DNA of 64,000 nt from positions 7,378,001 to 7,442,000 of the forward strand of contig CM102289.1 in NCBI GenBank assembly GCA_046563655.1, read 5' to 3'. The notes under the pieces are model-generated. The model saw only the letters and a program-made list of their open reading frames with translations. It made no database searches and was not told the DNA's origin. The position numbers and the translations under genes are program-made. The stretch comes from Yuukianura sp. NJ FZ-2021. Lineage: Eukaryota. This document shows, in pieces, positions 11,256-25,300 of this stretch (positions are counted from its first letter, which is position 1; every line of letters starts with the position of its first letter).

Positions 11256-14200
11256 TTATTTCAAATTTAAAGTGCACAAAATAGCGTAGGCTCTGCGCTG
11301 TTCCTGAGAATTTGTATCGAAAAGATGTACATAATTTTTTCCAAATGCAATTAGTCGCGTGGGTAAACGAGCTGAAATTTCGGAATTTGCTGCCGTTTCA
11401 TCTTCAGTGTCGATGTTCTGCTCATTTAACAGTGACTGTCCTGGAGATGCTTGCGAGTACACACAAAATGATCGGACGTCTTTTGAAAACGGATGGAAAG
11501 TGGAAATGTGATGAAGTTTCAGTGTTAACAAAACGATGAATCCAGTATTTGTGCCGACAAAGACAAATTCGTCCGTAGAGTGAAGAGCAGTCAAGTGCAG
11601 GGTTTTGCACATCATGGGATCTGGACCTTCACAATTATTCAGCAGTTTTTGTATATCCGCTGATGCAGTAATTTCTCGTTTGTCTCCATTCCAGCAATAA
11701 ATTACGCTTCCTGAAAGCAAACCAAAATTATAGTTAACAAAACCGTCATGAGGAAGTTCGTTTTGACAAAGTGCTGACCTGGAAAAAGATAAGAAAACAG
11801 GAATTCCTTCTTCGGATGTGTGTTGAGAAGTAAAACTTGAGCGTCACAATCGCTGCTGCCTTCATCTGCTAGATCATGTGATATTGTTTCCTGTCCGACA
11901 ACTTGGGCTCCAAGCAGAGAGAATATGCGCATGACGCCACTGTTTTCACCAGTCCAAATCTCGGCTTCATTTGAGCCTTCCCAACTCCTTGGAACAAGGG
12001 AATGTAAAGTCGATGCTTGTCCAAGTTCTGTCACCAAGTCACCAGTTTCTCCATTCACCAAGAAAAGTCTAGAAAATTTAGTAAGAAATATAATTTAGTA
12101 GTATCCAAGTATTTAACTTTACGACTGGAATGCTACGGATGCTCGCTGGGGCTTCGCCTTTCCCGAGAAAAAAAAATGAAAAAACAAAAATTCTCTACGC
12201 TCTACGGAATGCGAAATTTTTAAAATTATATCAAACTTTCAAAAACAAAAAAAAATTTTTTTTTGCTCATTCCACGCTTTATAATACTGAGTGAGTTTTA
12301 ATTGGGCTTGGGACAAAAAGTGAACAACAGTCGCGGACTTACACCTTCTCATTAGTATATGTTAATACGATAGATAGATTTTAGTTTTTAGTTTTACCTT
12401 CCACTTGAAAAAGCAACTGCAACCAATGCTCCAACTGCTTGAATCGAAATACATGCACCAAGACTTTGTCCAATGATCGACTTCAGTTCAAGTTCTCTAC
12501 TGATTCGTTCTCCTTCCAACTGAAAAATGAGAATGTTCGAAGAAATGTCGCCCATCCAAACTTGATTTCGCACCCGCGCCATTGCAGTGACAGCTCCAGG
12601 AATGAATGCAAATGCTTCACAACTTGCAAAACCCTCTTCCCGGACTTGGAGTGAGTAAATTGTTCCGGTGGAGCAACTAACCCACAATTCGTCATCCAAT
12701 CCCAAGGAAGTAACTACGTTCAGTTCCCAAGTTTCAGGTGGAGTGCCAACGCTTACTACGTCTCGTAATAAGACAAATTCGGGAGAGGAAGCGATTCGGA
12801 GAATTTTAGCTGCTGTGGGTCTATCTTTGGGAAGATTTTGCCAGCAGGCTACCATCAAATCCAGCATGTACATTGGATAACGCTCTGGTTTGACCATAGC
12901 TGGTCTCACACCTTCCAGAATGCTCTCTTTTATATTTTCGCATCCATCGTAAGGTTGCTTCAGACTCAGAATTTGGAAAATAACCATTCCGAGCGAAAAT
13001 GTATCCACCTGAAATTCAAAAAAAAATTATTTCATCCTTTTCAGAATTTTTTCGTTCACAAAGTTGTAGCTTTTCCAAACAAAAATTGAACGAACTTACG
13101 AGTTCAGTATATTCCTCTTCCCCGTTAAACCGTATAACTTCTGGTGCGATGAATCCTTCAGTTCCTCCGAATCCTTTATTTCCGGTCGGCAGAGCACTTC
13201 GACTAATGCCTATGATAATAAAAAAAAATTTAAACTCAGCAAAAATGAATTTCAAATAAAAAAAATGAACTACCGTAATCAGCAAGCTTCAGTTCTGTTT
13301 TGTAATCATATTTGGAAAACGGAGCTGGAAAAGCCCACACCAGAACATTCTCAGCTTTTAAATCTCTGTACAAGATTTTATGTCCATGAAGATACTCCAA
13401 AGCCTTCGCAACTTGAATTATACTCTGCTGCACTGTTGGTGGGGAAACGAAATCTCCAGATCGAGCATAATCCGCCAAAATAGTGTCAAGGGCTCCCCTT
13501 GGAGCTCGTGGCATAACAATCGAAAGTGATGTTTGTAGAAGACCAAGAAGTGGAACAATGTTTGGATGACTGACCCAGTAGAGCACTCGGATTTCACCTC
13601 GAGAAGCCAAGTATGCTCTACATGCCGACTGTGTTGGGGAACGACACCATTTTGTTTTGGCGGCTTTATAAGCAGACTGAGCTTCTTCATTTGCATCTCC
13701 AGGATCAATTGGATGAAAAGATTTGATAGCAACGTCCATCGTTCCCTTTAACGTTCCGCCAAAAACGAATCCAAAGGCACCACGTCCTAAAAATAAAAAA
13801 AAATTCAAAATCAGTATTAATTTAAAAAAAAACAGTTGCTAATTTTTTGAAATTTCATTCTTTACCCAATAACTGCTTCCTCTGAAGTTCATCTGAGTTG
13901 AGTAAATATCTTTTGGGGAGATCGTAAAACAGAATATCTGGAGCAACGCTGGAGAGATGAATTTCTCCATGTTTAGGACATTTCACAATTCTGAACTCTG
14001 AAGTTTGAGCTTCCAGAATAATATTTTCAATTGTCCAAGCATAGAAGTTTCTAGTCATAAATCCTAGATTTCTTGTTTCAGGACCCAGAAAAAAGTTTAA
14101 TCCAGCCGATTGTCCATGACCTCCAAATCTTGGAGTTTCAAAGGCAAGTCCAGTACGCAAACGTAGATTGCCAGGTCCAACTTCTGCATCAGCTTCATTT

Positions 14201-17200
14201 GTACTCAACGGACTGTGCCCTACTCCGGAATCGCTGGACATGCTCTTGGTCTTGCTGGAATTACTGGTTGACGGACCTTTTTCATTTGTCGGGAGACTAA
14301 AACAAGCTGGACATGGGCAGATCCTGGTGACAAGATACTTTCCTTCACTGGTGTGGACAAACCGAGTACCAATAGAGGGATACCAGTCTTCTAGTAAATT
14401 GTCAACTGCCTCCACACCAAGCGTCAACAATTTGGTCACACTTTCTATAGATGGGTTCAAAACTGAAGCTGGTTCTTCAGTTACGGTTTCCAAAGACAAG
14501 GAAAGACACTAAATTTTTTGAAAAAAAAAATATTAACAGTCTGTACAAAACTACCACTTTTTTGTTTAAAATTCTAACTCACGGGCAAATGGATTTCAAG
14601 AAGCCCGGCTTCATTCAAATCCACAGCATCCCAACACGTCTCTTCTTGGCGCCCACCACCAGCGCTCTCATCTGTTGAGTCCGCCAAATCACCTTCGTCG
14701 TCCCTTCGAAGCATAAACGTATGTGGTTTATCACTTCCAGTTACTTCTCTGATTCGAATCAACGTCAGCTCGCCATATTTCAGCTCCAGTCCAGTTTGCC
14801 AACAGAGCCACTCTGCAGGTTGGTCCAGTAATGCTACCATTGACGACGTAACTTCAGTTGGAGGAGGTAGAGTGAAGTAATGCCGCAGAATTTCAATCAC
14901 TCGATCATCGGATACTGGAAAATTCAATACAGTAAAAATGCCTCTTCAAGGTCATCTTCTACTACTTCATCAAAGTAAACTTACAAATTCGACTCATCAA
15001 CCGTGGCCAAAATCCTGATGGAAAGTAAGACAGCATAAGGAAGCGCGTAATCGCTCCCAATTCTTTCCGTTCTGGCCGCCAAACGGGTGGCTCCACTTTC
15101 GCTTCTTCGGAGCACGGCTCTCTTTGGTCCAATTTTTGACTTTCACGCCACTCACGACTTTGTTGCAACATCCAGGCTCTGGACCGCAGTGATACTTTCA
15201 CTCTTACTTCATTTTGTCCCATTTTCATCTGCAAACATAAAAAATATGAATTCATTCCAAAGCACTGCAAGTATGTCAAAAAATTTATATCTTGATGCTT
15301 ACCTGTTCCGGTGTTGGAAGAAGCGATGGAATGAGTAGGTTCACACCGTCATAAGGAATTGCCAACTCAAATTTTGAAAGTAAATCCAAAATGTAATCTT
15401 GAGTAGCCTTGGAACGTCCCTTGAACAAAAATGCTAAATCTTGTATCCTCATTGAACCGCCTTGACAGAATGGATTGATTCCTCGAATTGTGACGACATT
15501 CGCAAGAACGTCACAGAGCCATTGCGGGTCCAGGAAATACAATTCTCCAAAGTGCAGAAGAATTCCGTTTTCATGAAGGAATGTACAAGCCTACAGTTAA
15601 AAAGTGTTCAAAATTCATGAAAATATGGAAGTAAACTAAAAGAGCAAACCTGAGCAATTTCAGCATCATCGCGAAATTTAAGTCCATAATTTGTATCTAA
15701 CCACATAGAAGCCTGCGCCTTAAACTCCTCTTCCGTTAATACTGGATCTTGACCTCTTGACTTTCTTTCACTGGCCAAAAAAGTTACAATTTCTTCCAAA
15801 TGGATATACTTTGACGGTACGTGTTGCTCCAACAAAAACTTTCCATTTGAAGTTTTCAGTGTCACAGCAGCATCATAAATGACGGTACTCAAATTCTTGA
15901 TATTATACTTCGTTCGACACGAAATTTCCAGCGAAGTCAATACTCTTGGAAGTCCACGCTTTTCTGGATCCGAAACACAAATGAACTTCTCCCGAATCTT
16001 TTGTTCCAGGTAATCCAAGTATCCCGGTGGAAATTTTTCACTGACGAGATCATAGTGAGTTCCAACAATTATAACTGGAAAAAACATTAGAAATATTAGA
16101 ATCTCCAAGCATTTTTGGCTCTATTGTGATTACCTGGAGAGTTAGGAGCACGACCTTGAATGTTGACTAGCCATGCGTGGACTTCTCGCAGTCCCTTCTC
16201 ACCATCACAGATATTCCAAAGTAGTAAATACAGACTTCGTTTTGATAGAAAATAGGAATGTGTAGCATAATACTCCTTTTGACCTCCAAAATCCCACGTT
16301 CGAAACGTAACTGGACCACGGTTTCCTTTTTCCAAAGTTAAGCATCCAATGTCAACACCAACAGTGGACATAAGTTTGCCACCTTTGGAAGGTGTGTTGC
16401 CCATGCGTTTTGTCCAAGTATCCGACCCCTTGCCGGTTCCCTCCTGACGGAGAAGATTCAATAAACTAGTTTTTCCGATTCCATGGACTCCAACTGTCAT
16501 TAGCTTCATCCTGGCATAAGGTCTGGCATCTTCCAGGACACCTTAGACAAGAAATTGAGTCAAGTTAAACAATTTTTCGAAATTTTATATTGATTTCAAA
16601 ATCGGTGTTTTACTTTTCAAGTATCCCATAACATCTATAGTTTTTGATCCTTTGCGTTCAACAAGTGATTTGAGTGGTTCTTGTAGTTTACATCCTTGCA
16701 AATTCAGGTTCCAAATACGCGAAAGCAGTCCAATTTGCGGTGGAAGTTCTCCCAAATCTTTGTTTCCAGAAAGATTTAGCACCGAAAGCAGAGTTAATGA
16801 AGATATCCGGGGACTCAGTTCACTTAATTTGTTCTTAGATAAATCCAAAGTTGTGAGATTTGGAAACCAAACGAATGGTTTCCGACCTTCTATGGCCATA
16901 AGTTGATCATCAAATGATATTTCCAGAGAAGTTAGAGCATTTCCACTGAGTATTATAGTTTTTAGATTATCCAGTCTACGAAAGCGATTCCGGTGGGGAC
17001 ACAATACAGTTGGATCAACACAGCAGCTTGGTCCATTCGATTCGGAACATGAAAACCATGAACGAATTTTATTTTGACTCAAGTCGAGGTGACGGAGCGA
17101 TGCTGGATAGTCGCCAATTGAGCCCATTTCCTTTAAACTAGAAAAACAAATCGTTTAAAACTTTGGACTAACCAAAAAAATTACATCGAATTCCAGTTTA

Positions 17201-20058
17201 CCTGTTGAATGCCATGCTTAACCTTTGGATTCTATTGGCCCAACACGCCAACGCTGCTGGAACTTTAGTAAAAGAATTGTGACTAAGATTTAGCGATTGA
17301 ATTGAATTTCCTTGTGTTTCGGCTTTCAATTGTTCTTCATCAGCTTCTTCCCCAATAGTCACACTGGTTCGCCACATCGCTTCATGGCTAACAGAATCAC
17401 AGCTTCTACGGCTTCTAGAACTTGATCTTCTTCTTTTCTGAATTTGTTTTTCAGAATCAGTTGAATGCCTGTTAGAACTCTGTGACTCTTCAGTTTGAGG
17501 TCCCTGAGGAAGATCAGCGATTAGATTCAGCGATACATTCAGATCTTGAAGTTTCGGGGCAAGCCACATCGTGGACGGAAGTGAATCGAATTTGTTGTTA
17601 CTTAGATTAATTGTAACAAGGGAAGGAAAGTTAGTAAACAAAGCTGCCGGACATTCATCGATCCTGTTTTCTTGCATAAGAAGTTCTTGGAGACGGACCA
17701 ACAGTGGTCCACGCGACGGTAGAGTAATCTTGGTTATTTTGTTTCCGCTGAGATTGAGATATACGAGACTTGACAACTTAAAGATGCAAGATGGAATGGA
17801 GTCGAGTTGGTTGTTTGATAAGTCAAGGCGAGTAATAGCCTGCAAACCCATAGTTTCACCTCTGCCGGGTGCCAGTCGAAGTTTCGGATTCAGTTTAACA
17901 CCAGCAGAAACGAGCCATGTTTCTGAAACTTTAGTTAGCCTCTGCGCATGCCAGTTGACATTTACTGGAACTTTTGGTAGGAGTGATGTGGCCAGTAACT
18001 TCTTTCCAGTTCCCTCACGCATGTTCTGTTGTATCTCCTCAGTATGTAAAATTCCTTCAGCATCGGCATAAGCTTTCAAAGTTAAAAGCTTCCCGAGAAT
18101 TACATCGTCCCGGGACGATATTGATAGAGCAATGGAATCTTCATCCCGAGCTCCATGTTTCAGCAGAAGGTCAATCATACCGAGATCTCTATTTTTACAA
18201 GCCTCTGCCAGTGCACTGGACTCGTGCCTAAAAAAAGTTATCTCGGTAATCAAGTCAACACAATGCTAAGAGTAAGTTATGCATTACCTTGTTTCTGCTT
18301 TTGGATCACCCGTGGTTATGATGTATGTTGAAGTAGGCGCAAGAATGGGCAGATTTGGATCGGCCCCGGCTGATAACAGTGAAGTGGCAATTCCATGATG
18401 ACGAGCTTTGACAGCCAAGTGAAGAGCAGTTTGATATTCTTCACAATACAAGTTCACGTTGACTGGACAAATGAGATCTTTCCTGGGTTGAGTTGCGGTT
18501 GTTGGAGCCATTGAAAATGAAAGTCGCTTAATTATTCCTTGAATTCCTTCTGAGACTTTTCCTTTGGTGGGACTCGTAGCTTCATGAACGATGGCTCCTT
18601 TCTTGGAAACTCTGAATTTGAGTAAGATGTCAACCAGACGAGGATTGGCCATTTGACATGCAATGTAAAGACATGTCTGATCTGATACGTCCTTCTGATT
18701 GATGTCAAAAACCATTTCATATTCATCGTCAGCTGCATCATACCTGAAAAACAGAGAGTAAATTGTTTGAAAACAATTAATCCATAATGGAAATGGACAA
18801 TTTTCGACAGTTACTTGAATGTCGTAAGGAGGTCAGTTGGATAATTGAAATTCAGCAACAGATCCAAAACCGCCGTGTGGCCATGTATACAACAGACATG
18901 TATAGGCAACCATTTCTCAACTGTTTGGGATTTTGCCAATGCTGGAAATTTCTGTAACATGACATCATACTTAACAACATCACTGCCCAGAAATTTTGGA
19001 AGTTGTAACTTACTTCTAAAAGCTTGCTGACAACAGTTCGATGACCATGGTAAGAGGCAATATACATTGGGGAGTATTTTGTAACGGGGTGAATTCTGCC
19101 ATCGCTCCCATTTTCCAATAAAATGTCAACCAATTCCAAATTCCCTGATTCGCAAGCTCTGAAAGACAAGTAGTACCATGAAATTTTTCTATTTTAGCTT
19201 GTTTATTAAAATATTACATAAACAGAAGAGATTGAGTTCCATGTGGTGTTTTGTTGAGCAATTCCTTTCGATCTGAAGGTGAAATAGGTCGTAGCAGATT
19301 AGTCAAAGTCTTGACATCTCCTCTCGTAACAACTTCCCGGAGACTGGTATGAAGATCTTCACGAGCCACTTCTTTATCCTTGGTAAATTCTATTAGAAAA
19401 TTGTAAGTTTCCATGTGTCCTCCTCGCAAGGCCAAATCTGCTGCAGTCAGAGCTCTGCCTTCCAAGGATGACACATCAGCGCCAGCTTGAACTAGCCTCT
19501 TGACGTTGGATAAAAATCCGAATTCTGCAGTTGTGTGAAGTGGTGTTTTAAAATTATCTTGTCCGCCACTGACTGCGTTTGGATTTGCTGCAAATAAAAA
19601 AAAGATCACACTAATACTGCAAAAAAATCCATGCGAAATAGTAGCTGTATCCAACCTCCATGTTTTAGCAAAACTTCCAAACATCTTGAGTCATGCGTTG
19701 TCGCTGCTGCCTTTGAACACCAAAAATGTTAACAATTGACCCTCACTAATCAGCGAATAACACATGACACTATGCGTTATATCTATGTTCAACTTACATG
19801 TAGGGCCGTACGACCCCATGAATCCTGGCTTTCAATTTCACTTCCTAGGTCACCTCGAAGAAGGTCAATCAGTAACTCGGCGTTGTCCCATAAAGAAGCC
19901 TACGAAACAACAAATTTTAGCCATCTTCGTTAAACATCATCCAACACCATTGATATAAAAATTCAACTAATCAATTTAATTTTCCAAATTCGAGGTTAAG
20001 TTCAATTCACCTGATGCAAAAGATGACCAGGAAAATCTCCATCTTCGGCTTCGCTCAT
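11256..20058 (-). CDS. Lrrk: Leucine-rich repeat kinase (ROCO family: ANK-LRR-ROC-COR-kinase-WD40-like), multi-exon
   Basis: Ankyrin repeats (~18290-19900), LRRs (16610-18230), ROC GTPase motifs GVHGIGKTSL, WDFGGQ and GTHYD, COR (YFLDPQWLCDVL), kinase GRGAFG, YRDLKAENVL, LADYG|ISR and GTEGFIAPE. Start MSEAEDGDFPG at 20058. Confidence 0.95.
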
Positions 20059-20553
20059 TCCTCAGTTTTGAATCGGAGATTTTGCACTTTTATTGCAAAA
20101 ATTAAACAACGTTTTCAAGGTTGGCCAACATTTAACTAATTTACAGGTGGAATTCGACTAAAATTGAACTAAAATTAACGCCTGAATTTTCACAAATTTG
20201 GTTAGTATTTGCAGAATGCAGTTTAATTTACAGCTGCAAAACACAGACATCGTCCAATCAGAATTTCGCATGATTATGTAGCAACAGCTGTTTCATGTTT
20301 TAGCATTATCCCATTCCATATATGGGCAGTGCATTTATCATAGCGTTAATGTTAAATTGAGTAACAGAAAATAGAATAAATATTTAAAACAAATAACTGT
20401 TTCTGTTAATTATTAAACTCAAACTAAACTTCAGACTAAAGTTCTTGGCTTTATCACAAAGTGACTCTAATTCATGGTATGCCCATATCTGCTTAAATAC
20501 ACTATTGTCATTGCACCTAAAATATGCTAAAAATTGTCTAGACTATAAGCAGC

Positions 20554-20627
20554 GCCCGATTAACTCAGTCGGTTAGAGTGTCGTGCTAATAACGCGAAAG
20601 TCGCAGGTTCGACCCCTGCATCGGGCA
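20554..20627 (+). tRNA. tRNA-Ile-AAT: tRNA-Ile (anticodon AAT), copy 1
   Basis: Cloverleaf: acceptor GCCCGAT/ATCGGGC, D-stem ACTC/GAGT, anticodon arm TCGTG-CTAATAA-CGCGA, T-arm GCAGG-TTCGACC-CCTGC; followed by a T-run. Confidence 0.96.
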
Positions 20628-20715
20628 AATTTTTTTTTCTGGACACATTATTTTGACAAAAATAAATCCACTTCATCTCATTACCACAATCTTTAATTAG
20701 CCACTCAAGCAAATT

Positions 20716-20789
20716 GCCCGATTAACTCAGTCGGTTAGAGTGTCGTGCTAATAACGCGAAAGTCGCAGGTTCGACCCCTGCATTGGGCA
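20716..20789 (+). tRNA. tRNA-Ile-AAT: tRNA-Ile (anticodon AAT), copy 2
   Basis: Identical to copy 1 except one C>T in the 3' acceptor strand (G-U pair); T-run follows. Confidence 0.96.
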
Positions 20790-20834
20790 TAATTTTTTAC
20801 TTTAATTTTTCCTATAAATATTATAAAGTTTTCT

Positions 20835-21680
20835 TTAGCTAAAAATAGTTTTAAAGTAATCTAAAATTTCTGTTTGGCTGGCGTTACAAGTCTCGTATTC
20901 ATCTGCACATGAAAACCTACTTGAATTCCGATTTTCCAATCCTGATCGAAACGCCGCCATATAAAGATCCGTAAAGTAAAATTTTGAAAATGGATCTAAC
21001 GATAAGTGTTGTGTTTTATTTTGAAATCCACTGTTAGGCCAGTACGTTGACTTCGATCCCAACAATTTTGTACCCGGAGGAGTGCCTGGGTCAAATGTCA
21101 TTGACCTGCCAAATTTCGGTACGAATTTGTAAGAAGTATTAGTTGAAGCGAAGTAGCCAACTTCGCAAAGGCTTCGTAGACCACATTGCTGGTTGTCCAA
21201 ATTCAAGAAAACCTAAAATTTTTGAACAATGAAAAAATAATTTGAACTTTGCGGGAAAAATACTGTACATTAAATTTAAAATTTCACTCATACCCGTAGT
21301 ATCGAATCATAAATTTTCATGGCGTCTCCGTCTTGAACAGAATCAAAAGATCGTGCTGATCTTTTCCTTCTTCCGGCCTTATAGTCTCCCATGAATATTT
21401 TGTTGAGGTCAACTGGCAGGACTTCGAGGTATCGTAAAATCAAAATCTAAAACAAAGTCACATTACACAACTAAAATTATTTTAACACTTATTTTCTTTA
21501 ACATAACGTAATATAATTAATATTACTTTCCAGTACCTGGAAGATTGCCATCATCAGAAATATTGTTTCAAATGGTGTCAGATGAACGTAAGCAGAGTCA
21601 CCACCGCTCACCATCACCGTAGTTGCAATCTGTCCATCAACGCTTAAAATTTTCGAAAATAAAAAGATGACGAAAAGCAT
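20835..21680 (-). CDS. DM4/DM12-like putative secreted or membrane protein, 3 exons (21680-21537, 21446-21294, 21212-20835)
   Basis: Phase-0 GT-AG introns keep the frame. Signal-like N-terminus, hydrophobic segment, RRKRS furin-like site, CGLRSLCE and C-terminal C...Y..C pattern. Confidence 0.62.
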
Positions 21681-22360
21681 TTTTCCTAAAATTAGTTTCG
21701 AAAAAACTGACAAAAACTGGAAATAACAAAGCGGATACTTTTTTGTTGATGCACTTGGAATTACTACTTCGGTGTTAACATTGAATCAAAATTGTAACAG
21801 TACTTTTCATTTCCTATGCCAATTGTTAATCATCTCAACGTGTGAATTGATGTGCTAAAATCGATGAACTATTTTCTATCTTTAGGATTTGCTCCATTTA
21901 GCATTTTGGCATTTCATGTCCTCTCCGTCTTAAATGGAGTGTTGACATTTATTGGCAGCGTTATGCTATTTGCTATTAGATTTTTTTAATTGATCAGTCG
22001 GAATAAACTTTGGATTTTTTTCATCTAAATTTTCAACATGGGAGGAGAGGTATGACCTTAAAGTTGTTTGAACACAAAAACTAAGAATTCGGAAAAGACG
22101 AATTGGATGAGACATTCTAAAAATAGGAGAAAAGCTCGATCTGCAAATGGGACGTAGCCCAACACTTCAGTATTGTTTAGTACACCGTGTGCCAACTTTT
22201 TGTGAAAGCTGGAAATAAATTTTGGATCCAATTCACCTTATGTTTTATTCGTAAACATTTGATCTACATTGTGTTTGATTTTCGGTTTTAATGCATCATG
22301 AATTAAACTATTGGTGCTTGAATTTCGTTGTTGAGCGCAATATTGGAAGTATTGGCACTG

Positions 22361-25300
22361 ATGAAAGGTGTTGTGTGCTACTTGTTCCTTCAATGTATCT
22401 CCATCATTCCAGTAGGGGTCATAGGTCAACGGTACTACAACACTCTGGCACCACAATTGTCACAACTCAAAATCGGTATTCACAATCTCTTTAATTCTAT
22501 GAAGATTTCAAAGGTTTTTTTTTTTGATTTTGCTCTAATATTATTTGTGTTGCAATGTTTGTTGTAAAATTTTACGTTGTTTACATCTTTAATAGGTGGC
22601 ATAATTGATAGCGGTGACACCGAAAGTGAAGTAATTTTGAAACAAGCTGTAGAACACATTAATCGTGATTCATCAATTTTACCGAACCATCACCTTACCG
22701 TTGTAGCGGAATCCTTAAGTTCGGTGAATTCGTATAACACTGCGGCGAACAGTAAGTTACATCTTTTTCAATCACAATTTTCTGACATTTCGTAAAACTA
22801 ATTAAAAGCTTTTTTAACTTTCAAACTTTCCCGTAGTTTGTAATCTTCTTAAACAAGGCGTGGTAGGGATATTTGGACCAAGGGCGACAGAAGCCGCTAG
22901 TCATACACAAGCCCTTTGTGACCGATTTGACATACCGCATGTGGAAACAAGATGGGATTACCTCACTCGACAGGACAAATATACCATCAATTTATTTCCT
23001 CATCCAGATACATTGGCAGAAGTAATTCGCTGAAATACTTACAACTTTGATGTAAAGATAACGTTATATGATCCCGAAATTTTGGAAATTTATGTGACAG
23101 GCTTATACAAATTTGGTGAATTCTATGGAATGTGAATGGAAGCGTTTGGTAATCATGTATGACAGTAAAGAAAATTTACTCAATCTGCAAGGATTGCTCA
23201 AAGCTTCAACACCGACAAAGAGGGTTGTGTACATGAGACGTTTGGCCGCAGATGGAAACTACATGTTTGTACTCAGTCTAAACTTTAAAAGAAAGTTTTC
23301 TAAAAAAAATTTTAACCAAATTTTGTAAAATTTCAGACCACTTCTGAAGGCTCTTCAGCGAGACTATGATATCAAACGAATTATTATAGATTGTGATATA
23401 AACAAAGCATTGCAGGTACTGAAACAAGCCCAAGAAATTGGAATGATTCGATTCGACTACGAGTACATTTTAACAACGTTGGTAAGAAGTTCCGCAAACT
23501 TTGCACGAAATTTTTTTTTTATGAAAAACAAAATTTCAGGATTTACAACCCTGGGATTTGGAGGAATTCAAGAATGGTGACGCCAAAATCTGGTCTTTTC
23601 GTATGATCAATCCTGAGCAAGCAGAGGCAGTTGAAGTTTTTGGCGAACGAAATTCTTTGCACCACCATACAGATCAGTTTGGTTCTAATCGTCATGGTTT
23701 AACAGATACAGCTGAACCAAATCCGCGCGGAATTTCAGTAATTTGAATTCAAAGTGCATTTCCCAAACAAATATATTTCATGGCTACTTTTGGTATTACT
23801 AGACTTCCGAGGCTTTGGTGTACGACGCCGTGAAATTGTTTGCCAAAGCCCTTCATGAAAATGTTGACGGACTAAGGCAAATTGAACCTGTGACATGCGA
23901 CAACGACATGTCGTGGTCCGTAGGTTCCTCCATTATCAATTCCATGAGATCAATGGTAAAAAAAACTTTATATGTAAATGGCTATGAAAAACAGACATGG
24001 TAAAAATATTTTTTATTTCCGTCGAATTATTTAAATATTAAATATTTTTAAATATTTTTTACCCAAAAAAAAACCTGAAATATGTACCTAATTAATATTC
24101 AGGGCATGAGAAAATCAATATTTAGTTGGTGGTAAAATTGATGAAGTCATTGACTTCGTTAGCATTGCGGGTACAGGAACTAAATAGTTTTACCATGTCT
24201 GATAACAAATAAAATATAAACAGTTTTAACTTAAACTTGTTTTGTACAGAGCTCTTTCCAAGGGTTGACTGGAATTGTCCAATTTAATAATTCTGGATAT
24301 CGGACTGACATTATTTTGGAACTGATCGGACTTTCGAATGAGGAAAGTCATCGATTTTTGTTCCTTTAAAAAAAGTGTACAATTTTTCTAATAAAGTTTA
24401 ATTTCGAATTTTGAAATTGAAACAGGGGTCGTACACAGTTGGTCTTTGGGAATATGCAAGACACTCAAACAGTAGATTCACACGGTATGTACCAGAAGTT
24501 AATAAAACTGTTCCGGAGACTGACCTCATGCCACTAGGCAACCGAACACTTACAGTTGTCGCCATCATGGTAAAATCAGTTTAAAAAATTTGTGTTAACA
24601 TTTGAAATCTGGCGCCTATTTTAAATTTAGAATCAGCCATTTTTGATGCTCGCGTTGTCCGAAACGGTTCTAGTTGGAAATGAGCGATTCAAAGGCTTTT
24701 CTGTGGATTTACTGAATCTGCTTCATCAGAAACTTGGGTTCAAATTCATCATAACGTTGGTTGAAGACGGCACTAACGATGGAATGGTTATAGCAGTACA
24801 AAACAAGGTAAGAATTTGTTTAGTTAACGCGAAATTTTTTCAAATCTTTTACGTAAATGATTTTTAAATTTCCTAGACAGCTGACTTGGCAATTGGAGAT
24901 CTAACGATTACGAAAGAGAGACAAAATGTTTTGGATTTTACGATGCCCGTAACTAGAGAGCTTCTAAAAAAATTTAATCAAAAGTTCTGTATTAAAATAA
25001 TCTTTGTATTTCTTTTGCAGTTCATGAATCTTGGAATTTCGATTCTTTTTACGCAGCCACAGGCCAAGCCACCAAATTTATTTTCGTTCATGTCACCATT
25101 TGCTTGGGAAGTTTGGATTTGTATGGTCGTTTCGTTCTTTGGTGTATCTCTTGTCCTGTTCACTGTTGGAAGGTATAACAGTGATTTGAATTAAATTAGT
25201 TTATTTTTAATTTAACTATTTTGTTTTAGATTTACACCTTATGAATGGGAAAATACTTTGCCGTGTATTCAAAATCCAGAAGAACTTCAAAATCAATTTA

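Noticed and set aside
17571..18071. 166-aa plus-strand ORF and similar antisense ORFs (14168-14512, 35899-36339, 49847-50218)
   Set aside because: Antisense shadows of real coding exons.
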